Shown here one piece after another: positions 1 through 15,771 of a DNA stretch of 64,000 bases. The position numbers were made by a program, and so were the translations under genes. The notes beneath the pieces are model-generated. The model did not search any database and had not been told where the DNA came from. It was given only the letters and a program-made list of their open reading frames with translations. The DNA is from Pecten maximus. Its lineage: Eukaryota. The number at the start of each line of letters is the position of its first letter. Within the stretch, counting starts at the first letter, position 1. The stretch spans positions 13,082,001 through 13,146,000 of the forward strand of contig NC_047015.1 of NCBI RefSeq assembly GCF_902652985.1, written 5' to 3'.

Positions 1-1275
1 TAAAATTTCTCCGTCAGGCGTCTAATTCTTAACATCCTGTTACATGTGTGACAGTATAGTTTTATTAACACTATACATGTACAATCTTTTTAAAATAAGA
101 AATAAATCTGCTTTCATGATAACAGATAGAGATAACTTATACAAATATCACACAACAATAGGATTGTGTCATCAAATGTCACCCACTCAATGTGATTGTG
201 TCACCAACTTTGTCATGGATAGCCTCATGCTGAAGTCCTCTGGTGGAGATTTCTATCCACATCCTAGTGCAGGAGTGATACATTCTCTTGTCCACGCTGA
301 AACGAAGTGTCCTATATACGTCAGCAACTGATTCTCTTCATTTCAAATTTTTATGAGACACTTAAGTCTACGTATGTGATTGAAACTGACATAAGGATGC
401 ATGTTTAGATTAGTGGACTTAACAAAATTTACATCGGTACTATCATTACCCCTACTATACTGGAGGTACATAGTGAGAAGTGCTGTTATTTGGTAATAGA
501 TGGTAAAACTGATAAGTATACCCGAGATATTTATATATTATTGCCGACTTTTGAGGGCACTATGGCCTGACAGTGTTATAAAGGGATGGCATAGTACCCG
601 AGCTAGAGGTAAGGGTACTATTCCATCTCGAAGAAGGCCATCATTTGTTTAGTACATCACACTTACATTTTACTTGGCTAATTCCAATATCCAACAAAAT
701 ATTTCACCACCAGGTGCCTGTAAGGGTCAGCCATATTCGTCGTCTGCGTTCGCAGCAGTTACAGTGACGTCACAATAGATTCATGTTCTATCTTGCGCCA
801 AATTTGATAGTGCCCGGAGGAGTGGGCAATATCACCTCATAGTACATGTATTCATGCGATTTGCTAATGACTTATATGTCAGGCCTAAGTCTACTGTACT
901 TGATGTTGACCTTTATGTCAAGCATAAGTATGGATGACTTGATATTATTGCACATATCATAGATCTTTTGCTACCAGTTCATTAGTTATCTTGGTCAGCA
1001 TCTCTCTATACATCGCCAATCATTTTTATACCTACCCCATTTGATCAGTTCTTCCGTGGGCTAGTTGCTTAGTGATTGCACCACCTCCATATTAATGCCA
1101 TTCATTTGTGCCATTCTTCTGTTAAATATTTAGTTACGAGTATTTCTTTTTCACATTGTTTACAGCTAGGGTATCGTAACAGTTTCCACTGAATATGTTG
1201 ATTACTTTGTATTGTTAAGAGCTAGCCATGGTTTAACTGTTACACCCCAAACATGTTAGTTTACTGCTGACCATG

Positions 1276-1612
1276 TCATGGATATGAACTGTGTTCATTT
1301 GTATTGGTTATTGTTGCCTGCGTTGTCACGGATACATTTACCTTTCTGCTTTGTTGGTTGTTGTCAGCATACAACCTGCATTCATTTGTTTTGGCTGTTG
1401 TTACATGTATTTATGTATACAATCTGCATTCATTTGTTTTGGCTGTTGTCATAGATACTACATTCAATCATTGTATTGGTTGTTGCCATGGTTACAACCT
1501 GCAATTGTTGGTGACCATGTTGTCATGGATACAACCTGCATTCATTTGTGTAGGCTGTTGTCAGCCAAGTTGTCATAGATACAACCTGCACTCATTTGTG
1601 TAGGCTGTTGTC
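1276..1612. repeat. Degenerate minisatellite, ~38-bp unit (ATACAACCTGCATTCATTTGTNTNGGCTGTTGTCATNG)
   Basis: Recurrent ATACAACCTGCA, TTCATTTGT and GGCTGTTGT blocks; explains ORFs 1291-1578 and 1304-1603. Confidence 0.8.
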
Positions 1613-4600
1613 ATCAGTGTCTGGTACACGGACCAACAACCATATCGGTGACATAACCTATTTAATTACTGTGTTGGCTTGTTTGTTGTATGGAACTTCA
1701 GGTCATTAGATGTTGCTTGTATTAGCCTAGCTTTGTATGCTTTTATAAAATATATGTTTATCCCTAGTCATAAATCTAATCATAATGAAATGGTGAATAT
1801 TTAACACAGTATGTGTATGAGTAGACATATATCTATTGCAGTATGCTTCATATTTTAATTGCTCAATTCGTTGTTTCATTTATGACATAATGAATCTCTG
1901 TTTTTGTATTCTTGTCTTTTGTGTTAGGATGGTAGTTTGTGTGTGGCGTTACGTTCGATCTTATCTTTTGCACGTTATTGTGGTAAATTGCTGTATAACT
2001 GATTTATCTCATGAAAAAGGGAGCACAGGGTGTCTTTGTTTTCATCACAAGAGGGGTATATTTGCAATTATAGAATGATTGACCTATATATTAGTGTAAA
2101 CAAGTAAGAGGGATACACCAGGAGGAAAGAGACAAATATATAAATACCATCAATGCATGCTTATGAATCCTGTATTTAAATCATTCACTTGATATGAATC
2201 CTATTTAAACAGCTGTTACGTGGATATAGAGGCAAGTGTATATACTGTACAATATTTGCTAGTAAATATATCTATACAATTACAGCATAGCAATCTGTAT
2301 CCGAACATTCAACTCAGGCATATATTAGAACATGTCAATATTAGCCGAGATGAACTTGACAATATTAATATACCCCCTCCCTGTTTTGCATATTGAGTCA
2401 TTCACTCCCTTCTTCCGAGTAATTTCAGATGAAAAAACAGGTATTGAAGAGAATAACATGGAATACTTGATTGTACTCTCCATGTTCTGTAATATGGCAT
2501 GGCCTCACTATCAGGCAACATGTTCATCATTGTATAAGGGTAACCGTTGGACATACATTACCTGTCTTTATGGGCAGTAATTGATGGTACCTCTCTTTGT
2601 GGACAGTAGTTGATGGATAGACATTTCAGTTCTCCGGGCCTGGTCAGGGTATATATAGACAATTACATGTGTTTGTTTTGGTGTTCTGGGAGTATTCCCT
2701 TGGTTACCTATACATTAATGCCTAACCTTCATGTCTACACAAGTGTTCTCCTTAAGACTTCAGTAACGTTAGGTAACCTGGTGACCAAGCTGTTACTTGT
2801 GGGTGTTGTCCTGATCAGATGTTCCTAACACACACACTTCTGTACCCAATCTTACACTGGAAGATATATATGTGTTTATCCACAAATATGTTCCCATTCA
2901 CTAATAAGCCCTTTCTTAAATTTTACAGAGTTGTTAATTTTAAAACGGTACCAAAATGTGGTTCACAAGTAAGCCCTGGCCTTCCCGAAATTTAAATACA
3001 GTAATAATGAGATCTTAATATTATTTCAGAAAGGTGCTGCAGATATTGTTCCTGTATGTCGTATATCTAGTTTTCATCTTGTACTAAGTTATAAATTAGG
3101 TTTTCCCATCTTATCTCAGTTTGTTAGTTCATTATGATCTTTTCAATAACCTATGTCCTATATATATGTATATATATTTATCATACACATGTAGAAATGA
3201 AATTTTGTAGAAATCTCTGGTAAAGGTTGTTGACATATGAATGTGACATGTTCCTAATAAATGGCCTGTTTTTAGGTCTCATATTGAGAATTGGGACCAT
3301 GAAGACTTAAGATCTAAAACACTTGTATGAATTCCCATGAAGTTCTATAATTCTGTGTATATAAGACAAAGGAGGGCTCTGATCTATTGTTTCCATTGTC
3401 TTTGTATCATTATATACAACAGTTATATTCTGATCACCAAATTAATCTACACAGGGAGATTTATTAGTATAAACCTTATACCTCTGTTATAATTTTCTTT
3501 TCAAAACAATTTTGAAATATGATATTTCTGGTATTATGCATGTAAGAGAACTATATTTTAATCTTATCTATATTCTGCAGTTGATAATGAAGAATCTTCC
3601 ACACATTGTATACATGTATAAGTCACTTCCATTCTACATGTATTTTAATTCAGAAAGTCTCATCACTCATGGATTAGCTGAAAAAGGTTAAGCAACCTAG
3701 AGCACTTTTGGAAAAGTCCAAAGTGATGAAGTAATACAGCAATTGGTACTCACAAGGTTGCTTAACTTCTATTAAGTTAAATTCTGTTTAAAAAATTGAC
3801 TCAAAATCTATATGTACTGTAAAATTTCAGTTTTAGTTGTTTTAGAGACATGTTTTATTTTTAATTAATAGACCTGGTTTTGTACAAAGAGAATAACTTC
3901 CATAATATATTAGATATGATCTAAAATGATTTTCATTATTTATGAATCTTTTTGATTTGACAAATTCTTTACAATTATTATTGATGGATAGTAAAATCTG
4001 GTTGAAATGAAATTGTTTTTTTTTCATTAATTATAATTTGATAATCAGTGTATGAGAATAAATAAACATTATTCGTTTGGGGTGATGATGAAGCAGTGAT
4101 GCACCTCTTTAAAGTGATGTCATTACAACCAGGTTTTATTGTTTTTTTCATGTCATGTATATGTTTTAGAAGTGATTTGTTTTATTGGAAACTATGGGTT
4201 TTACTATTGCATTGGCCGGCTTCGTGTGTTCAGGAGTGGTTTCCATGCTTTCTAGAATACAAAATGAAGGTCTCAATCACATGTTGGTTTGTCCTGTTAC
4301 TGTTAGTATATTAGTCTTATATGAAGGGCGTTTGTCAGACAATCTGTAAAATGTATTTGCAATACTATATTAAATAAACATCATATATATATACAAACTC
4401 CTACTAGCTACCAAGTATTGGACCCCTCAGTTTGTACTTGGACTGGTCTTTATGTATAGGGTAATGACCCAGCTCTGGACCATCAGTCTCCTCCTCACCT
4501 CTCTTTAGTGTTGTTCCTCTTCTAGTCTCTTACTTTTGAGGAGTGGTCTTGGCAAGCAGACTAATACCTAAATCTTCGACAATAGAGTTATCAGCTACCT

Positions 4601-7600
4601 TTACTGGCTAACACTAACCTGATATTATTTACAAGGAAATGAAAGGTACACGGGGAAATGATCTGGAGTCACGAAACTCTTCCTTCTTGGGTAGATGTAG
4701 TGTACCCTGTGTAGAAATATAAACAGGGACTAAGGCATATACTGCTGTATAAAAGACTGACTGATGTTTAGATTAGGTGATTAGAAAACTGTCGAGTAGT
4801 GTTTAGAAATACCATATTTCTCACTTTCAAGGATTTTGGAATTCTTCTGTCAACAGGCATTTGGTAATAGAATAGGCTATAAGTTATCATTAGTCCCACT
4901 GAATTGATACAAGTGGTATAAATACAATGATGGGGATCTTTACCTTAAGGAGCTGATGTGATGGAGTTGGGTCATGTTCGTATGTTTGTGTTACTCTTTC
5001 ATATCTCCTAGAGGTATGGAGTGTTTATGAGTTTTATATACCGATCTCCCCATGATGTCCAGCCCTGATCATGTGACTGTCTGTAGTACTGCTCATACAT
5101 TTATTCCACCTGAAGTGTGAATGAATAAATACCAGATAAAAATACATGCCTTTTGTTGTTTGTTGACATCATAATAATCCACATGGTCAAATCCTTAATA
5201 AAAACAAAAACAGCAAAGTTTGATGATAGCACCAAAACATGTCCATTTTGTTGCTTTGTAAGCTTGTGTTAGTGTTGCTTTGTGTAGAGGGTTGAATGTG
5301 GAGGATAGAAAAGCAAGGTATCACTGTGTCATCTACAGAGGATTGCAGATTGATGGTACAGCGACTACAACACCAAGGGACAAGTGGCTAATACAGCTAG
5401 AGTATAACGGAATGACGATTACAGCGCAGAGGAAAAGTGGCAGGAACATCACTATGGACGCCAGTTTTATGCATCTGATCATTTCATCTTATATAAAGAA
5501 TTATTTTGATGTAGATTTAAGAAAAAAAGAAACATGTTCATATCCATGTCCCAGCCATATGATGACATCAGTGTATCCATACAATAGCCTGTAGCAGCCT
5601 TACATCCACCTACCATTATATCCTTACAAAGCCTGTAACGTTAGACTTCCTGTTCCTACTTCACCTGTCCGGCTTTATATTGTATAAGCGACTTTCAGAT
5701 ATGCAACTGGCTTAACAGATTTGTTGTGTTCAGTGTAAAATCTCTCTGAAGAGAACACTCAATATTATAGAGTAATAATGAAAGAGTATATGTTGGTAAA
5801 TTGTTACAACCAAACCAGTATTTCAATCTAAATATCATAGTGCACAGTATTAATAAGGAGCTGTAGATTAAAATCAGGTGTTGTCACAACAAACACTATC
5901 AGTATTATCTGCATAAAATTACATAATCAGTTGTCAGTAAAAATTCCAGTTGTCAAAAGACAACCACATGTGAAGTGGAAAACATTTGCTTTTTACTTTT
6001 TCTTCTTCCTTCAATGGTTGCTGAGAATATTTAGTACATACATTCAGATAGTGTTAGAATGAATGTGTATATCCCAATATTGGAGGACCAAAGCTTTCGG
6101 TAAGACAGGATTTGCTGATCTGTGAACTTGTTGCACATAGCAACAGTAGCTGTATATGGAAAGCAAACTAATTGGTGATGGACAGGTGCTTCTTATCTGT
6201 AATCTTGGTATTGCCACTAACAAACGTTAACATTTACAGTTTGTAATAAAGGCATCACACATTGCTTTATAACTCGGTAATGGTTTCCCTGTATTCTGGT
6301 ACAATTACAACAGGTGATTTATAGACCGGCTCAAATCAGAACCTGTGTTATGACAAAAAATCAATTTACTTTCTTGAAAAATTGGGCAATAATAAACATT
6401 GTAAATTATGCAGTTGAGAAACCAGTCCCCTGGAGGGGAGGACCTTCTGGAGGGTATCACACAAGTCATGCATTATTTCCAACTTATAAAGGATACCCTG
6501 AGCAAATAGATATGCGGTATTAAACTGGAATAAGGATGTGTGTCAGTTTATCTGTTGATGTCCATTGTGTGTCTGTGTACTTTCAGAACAAATACTCTTA
6601 TCAGTACCTCTAAGCATTTGTGTGTTTGTGGTCCCCACAATTTTGTTAGATGCCACCTTTCTTATCCATTTATTTCATTCTTAAGTAGTCCTACATTTAC
6701 TCTCTGATAATCAATACCCAAATGTACGTAGTTGCAGTTTCTTTGATTACATATATTTCTTTTCAGTTATGCAGAGCCTTCCTACTTCCATTATATAAAA
6801 GTTCTCCGATATGCTTCTTACCTTCTTACCAAATGTTTATCAAACTTGATTTACATTATGAGTAACTTTTAGTAGATTTAGTTGAGAAAATTTGATTTAT
6901 TTTCAATTTCAACTAGTTCATAGAGTTTTCTGATGATTTTTATTTGAATGTAGAGGTAAACTTAAAAGCTTATCACTATCATTACTATCATAACTAATCT
7001 TTTATCACAATACATCTTCAATTAGATTAGAGCCATTGTCTGCTTATCAATACTGATAGTACCAAAAGCAGTCACCAGACTGACTTCACAACAACCTCAG
7101 GTCCTGATCATACCGGGTAGGTATGCATCATCGAGATGGTTAAGAGTAGGAAGCATTACATCCCACACAAACCTCCTGCACACAGATGCACAGATCAGGG
7201 CCATATCAAACTGCCAACACAGAAAATTAACTGTTAGGTACACAAAGGTATTGATCATGCATATCTGATTTTATATTGGCCCAACAGTAAACGAGTTGTC
7301 AAGAAATGTTCAAGGTAACAGATAAGCAGATTCCAGCTTCTGAATGGTATACAAGGTTCATAGGAGAGAGTGATCCTAGGAAAGACTTTGATCTGTTTAT
7401 GGAGGACATGGAACATTGACATCCAATATCATCCAGCTAATGTTGAAAGTTAGCTAGTGGACATGTAGACCCTGATATGGTGAAGTTTGGGTTCACATGT
7501 AGGAAATTGTTGAGATATATTTAGAAGACATTTCACCTGAACGAGTATATTAGGTAAGTTGTTGGGATGGATCTGGCCATCAGTTCTGACCTTGCATATG

Positions 7601-9726
7601 AAAGTCCTAGAGTGTCACAAAAGATATCTGGCCACCTGACCGGAGTTTGGTTCACATAATCCTGCATGGCCACCAATATGGGAACCAAAGGCAGAGAAGG
7701 CTACTGGGATATCTCTAGACACTTAAAGATGGAGCCACATAACATTACTCTGACTTGTCTGGGCTACTGAGCTTGGAGAGATTGGGCTAGTATTACCAAT
7801 ATTTACAGAGACCAGATGTCTACTGGCCATCTGTCTCCAGCTTATTCAGAGACTACAAGAGATCTGGTCACTTGTCTCCAGCTTATTGATGGAAGCACCA
7901 AGGAATAAGAGTGTCTGTCAGGATCTTGTCTGATCTTAACATGATTCACTATGTGATATGATCGTTTCTAACAAAATGTATTGCTGTATAACTATTCTCA
8001 TTAGATGCTAACAAAGGACTTGTTGTGTACAGGTAACACTTTTATCCATATTTTTTCTTGGTTTTTATTTCATCACATTTCTGTAATTAGCATGACACTC
8101 ACTGTTTTCCATCAACTTGATATTCAAAATTCTTATCAGCAATAAAATTCTTTATCTAAATTTGGTTCTATTTCTTCTTAAGTGATTTCAATGCTTCAAA
8201 ACCTATTTATTATTTTTCAAACATGGTAATGTTGCACTATTTGTTTAGGATTTCCAGCACCCTGTAGATATTGTCTGAAATGATTCTGAAAGCATGTGCG
8301 TGATGGTGTGTGACCCCCATGGTGATTTGCCTAACATGTTTTGTATTGGGTCTACTTCTCCATTTCCCATTAAAATAACCTTCAATCAAAATTTGTCTTC
8401 ATACTCTACCTGCTTGTTAAATATTTTCTATTTATGCTGTGACCTACAGATAAAATTACCAAGAAGCTGTCAATCTAGAAAAATCTTGTACATATGTGCC
8501 AGATCTAGTTTTTAAATTTGTATTTCAATAATATCACCAATTTATTCTCAGTCCATGTGTCCTCCTCTTACCAAAATTATCTGTATATTTACCTAATATT
8601 GAACTTGACAGGTTCCATGAAGACAGCATTGTTGTAACAGATATCACCTGTTAAAAAAAGCTGATAGCATCATACTTGTTTATTTCATCACAAATTAAAA
8701 ATGAAGAAGTGATATCATTCATTTAAATTGGTCCCATCAAATGTTTCAGTAAAATAACAATACAGCTTTATACCAACAAGTTAATATTGTTATATCTAAT
8801 GCTGATAACACCTAATCTGGACTATCACACTGTCAAAATAGAATCTATGTAATAATGAGTTGATATCATTTTTTGTTGAACATAGTTTTATTACAGGACA
8901 AAATTTTGTTTACCTAGCCTAAATGGTCACATGAACTTGTGTTATGGCGAGGCATTGGCCGTCTGTCTATTTTCAGTTTGTCCTAACTGCCTCCATCCCA
9001 CGAGTCATTAAAATTTAAATGGTTAAGATCCCTTTAGAATATAAACATTTGATTGGTATAAAGTGGGTATTACCAACTACGTACAATTCTCAACTTGGAC
9101 TTTTGAAGAATAATTGATCCTTGGAATCTTTGAATGAATTAATCTCTTAAAGAGCCTATTCCTTTCAAATAACTAATTTACTACACATTTTTGAGATGTG
9201 AATGAACAAGTGAAGGATGATAAAAATGGAATGATTATATATATATAAGTGAAAATATTTGTAATAATTAATGCATTATTTATAATATGTTTGTCGTGAT
9301 AACGTATGTGTCCAAGTGAGCAATCCAAGCCCTCTTGTTATCAAAGACAAAAATGCATGCCATGGGGATATTTGGTGCCTTCATATGCATCATGATTAAT
9401 CACCTCTTAACAAATTCTAATATTTTTATTTTACAGTCACTTAATTTTGTAGCTTTAGCATGTTCACTTATGTATTAATTTCAAAGTAATTAGGGTAAAG
9501 AATATCAAAAAGAAACTTATTTCAAACAAGAATTACAATTTGTGTAGCAAACCAATATCTTACTGGTTTCATAAATGTTTTGCTTTGTACAGAAACTTGT
9601 TTTACCAATACTTTAAGTCAGGTTGAAGGCAACTTTGACCTATTTATGTCTATATTCCACCAATACTGTGTGTAAGGTCACCAACCTATCACAATACCAC
9701 TGTATCTGACTTTGATATTTCCACAG

Positions 9727-9799
9727 GGAGAGTGACCAGGAACAAAGCAATGACCACAACAGCTATATCAATCCAGAGTCGGCCATCACTCACCTCTGA
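9727..9799 (+). CDS. Candidate terminal coding exon of an unidentified upstream gene (ESDQEQSNDHNSYINPESAITHL*)
   Basis: Acceptor CTGAC...TTTGATATTTCCACAG, open phase-2 frame to TGA, then UTR-like sequence with TGTA(A/C)ATA at 10526, 10808 and 10821 and ATTAAA at 10868. Confidence 0.35.
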
Positions 9800-9805
9800 T
9801 TAGAG

Positions 9806-10065
9806 CAACCTTGGATCGGAGACTGCCTTAGGGGCGAGCAACCTTGGATCGGAGACTGCCTTAGGGGCGAAACTAGGATGGTCAACCTTGGATCGGAGAC
9901 TGCCTTAGGGGCGAGACTAGGATGGTCAACCTTGGATCGGAGACTGCCTTAGGGGCGAGACTAGGATGGTCAACCTTGGATCGGAGACTGCCTTAGGGGC
10001 GAGACTAGGATGGTCAACCTTGGATCGGAGACTGCCTTAGGGGCGAGACTAGGATGGTCAACCTT
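9806..10065. repeat. 44-bp GC-rich minisatellite: one 33-bp truncated unit, 5 full units, partial unit
   Basis: Unit CAACCTTGGATCGGAGACTGCCTTAGGGGCGAGACTAGGATGGT at 9839, 9883, 9927, 9971 and 10015, nearly identical. Confidence 0.95.
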
Positions 10066-12598
10066 TTTTGTATTACCTCTCATGGTCATTTATCACTATG
10101 CAACACATCATCATGTCATATCCAATCCTGGAAACAGAACTCGTCTGCCTTTGGCCTGGGAGTGATGCTGATTTTGGAATAATTTCGTCATCAATGACTT
10201 GATGTTATATGACTTTATATGCTGTACACAAAAATCGTTGTTATTAATTCATATACATTGTATAACACTTTATTGACTTGAATTTGTATAAAAAGCATAC
10301 TTTAAAATACATCTATGGATTATCAAGCATGGCGATGACTAAACCCTTAGGGATCAGAAGTTCCAGTGAAGTTGGCAGTGCGTCTCATTAAATGTTTGCA
10401 GACACTTGATTGTTAGTATTAATATAGTATTATGTATAAATATATATACATGTACCGTGTAAGTGATATTTTTATGAGTGCAATTTTAAGTATCTAATAC
10501 ATGTATTATGATTGCTGCTAAGATGTGTAAATATATGCATGGATTATAATACAGTTCAGAAACCATAATTATAAAATTAATTTTCTAGTTCTAGATCAAG
10601 ATTTTGGATTATTTATTACATGCTATGATAAAGCCATTTAAAATTTGTAATAATTGATACCTGTTCTTCCTCTTACTGATCTCCTGTGGTGTAGACGTGT
10701 GTAGCTGGCTAGGATACTCCCATTATTTAGCAAGCATGGGCTGCTGTGCAATAGATAGCCTTGTTATTGTTTAATGTTGCTTGTTGCATGTGTAATCAGA
10801 ATTTTTATGTAAATACTTTTTGTACATAGCTACTTTTGCAGAATTTTGTTTATTGTATTTAACAACTATTAAAAGTTGTGTGTACATTATTGAAGAGCAT
10901 ACCTTTGTTATAAATTATAATACAATTTGTGACTTTTTGGGTTAACATTGAAATCTCATCACTTGTTAACTCAAGAAATATATTTTACCAAAAATTTTTA
11001 ACTTCATACCAACAAAACACATTTAAGACAATTATCCTCAAAATTGAACATGCTTAGTTAACTTTTTTACTCCAGAGCTGCCCAGGAGCAAAGTGATTGA
11101 TTATTGTAAAGTGTTTTAGGTTAGCTAGTAACAGAATATCATAACCTTAATAAATCATTGTGTACAAATGGCTTTCCTATGATGAAAATATATAACTTAG
11201 GCAATGTTTTTAATTTTTCTAACCAAATGTCTTCATGATTACAGAAATTCACAAAGTATTTAACTATTCTTTAATAATAAAATGAATTTTTACCACACAC
11301 AGTCTTCATTTTCTGTACAACTTCACTAATATTTTAAGTTAAACAAAGAGATTGTATATTTAGTGGTTGTTCATCTCCAACAACAACATCCATTGGTGCA
11401 TAGTTTTCTTTTGTTAACAAGATGGTTTAAAATTAATCTGGAAAATTCAATGCATTTGACACGTAATCAAGAATAACAATCCTGTGCCACAATACCAGAT
11501 TTTCTTTAGTAAGTTGTAGGAAGAAACATTTCTGAATAGTCATTCTGGGTCAAACCTTCAGTTCTGAAACATTAAAAGTGGTCAAGAGGATTTTCCTCCA
11601 TGTTATAATGTATCTTAATATTTTTTGCACGACGATGCATTGGTATGGTATACCTGAATGATACTATTCCTCACATCGACATCCGTGTTTGATCAATCCA
11701 ATTGAACTTTCATTACTGTGCAAAAAAGGTAATCTGGACACAGATCAGTCCAATGGAACAAAATTTAGCAAGCAGAATCCCAAACTTTTCTGATATCGTT
11801 AAAAGACCTTTACATCCAGGCAGTCCCACCATATATATCTTGTCAGTAATTTAACTGAATTTGATTTTACTGGGTCCAAGGGAGTTTGATTGAAAACTAA
11901 TCCATTTGTAGTAGGAAACATTGATATTCGACCTGAAAAGATATCAGGAGCAGGCAGTACAAAACTACTGTGTGAAGTTTTAGTTTGATCATGCAGTCCA
12001 CTACAGCTTTTAGTATTGTCTCAAAATGGTTACAATATCCTCTTCTATCTTTGATCAGGATAATATCCATATATGTATGTATTGTACAGGGGTATGCATC
12101 ATGTTGTGAAGAATATATCGTTACATCCCTAAAAGCAAACCAAACATATGTTATCTATTTTACTCTACATCCCCAACAAAGTTTCATTTTGCTTTTGACC
12201 TTTGGTTTAGCACATACCCAAGCAAGGAAGGGTGCTGTCCCCAGATTTTACCAAAATTGATAGAAAATGGTTACTTACTGCTCTTTGCTCAAGTTAAGCC
12301 ATAAGAAAGTTGTCAGTAAAATGCGAGGCACATTCGTTGTTTCCGACCTTGGCTATTGTGGATATGTGAAAACCTCTAAATATCAAACAATGTCAAATGC
12401 TGCAGACATTGACAATCATCGTCAAAAGTGTACTGTTTTATGTTTTCTCTAAAAACATCCCAACAACACCGAATGTCTGAAGGAGACATTTTTTCTGCAC
12501 CATATTCATTTCACTCAACAATATTGATTAAAGTACCAACCAAAGACATTATCCTTCTCAATTTTTTTAATGTTTTGTACATGTCTGCATGTGATAAT

Positions 12599-15771
<3,173 letters not shown>

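Noticed and set aside
1291-1603. Cys-rich hydrophobic ORFs
   Set aside because: Translations of a degenerate tandem repeat.
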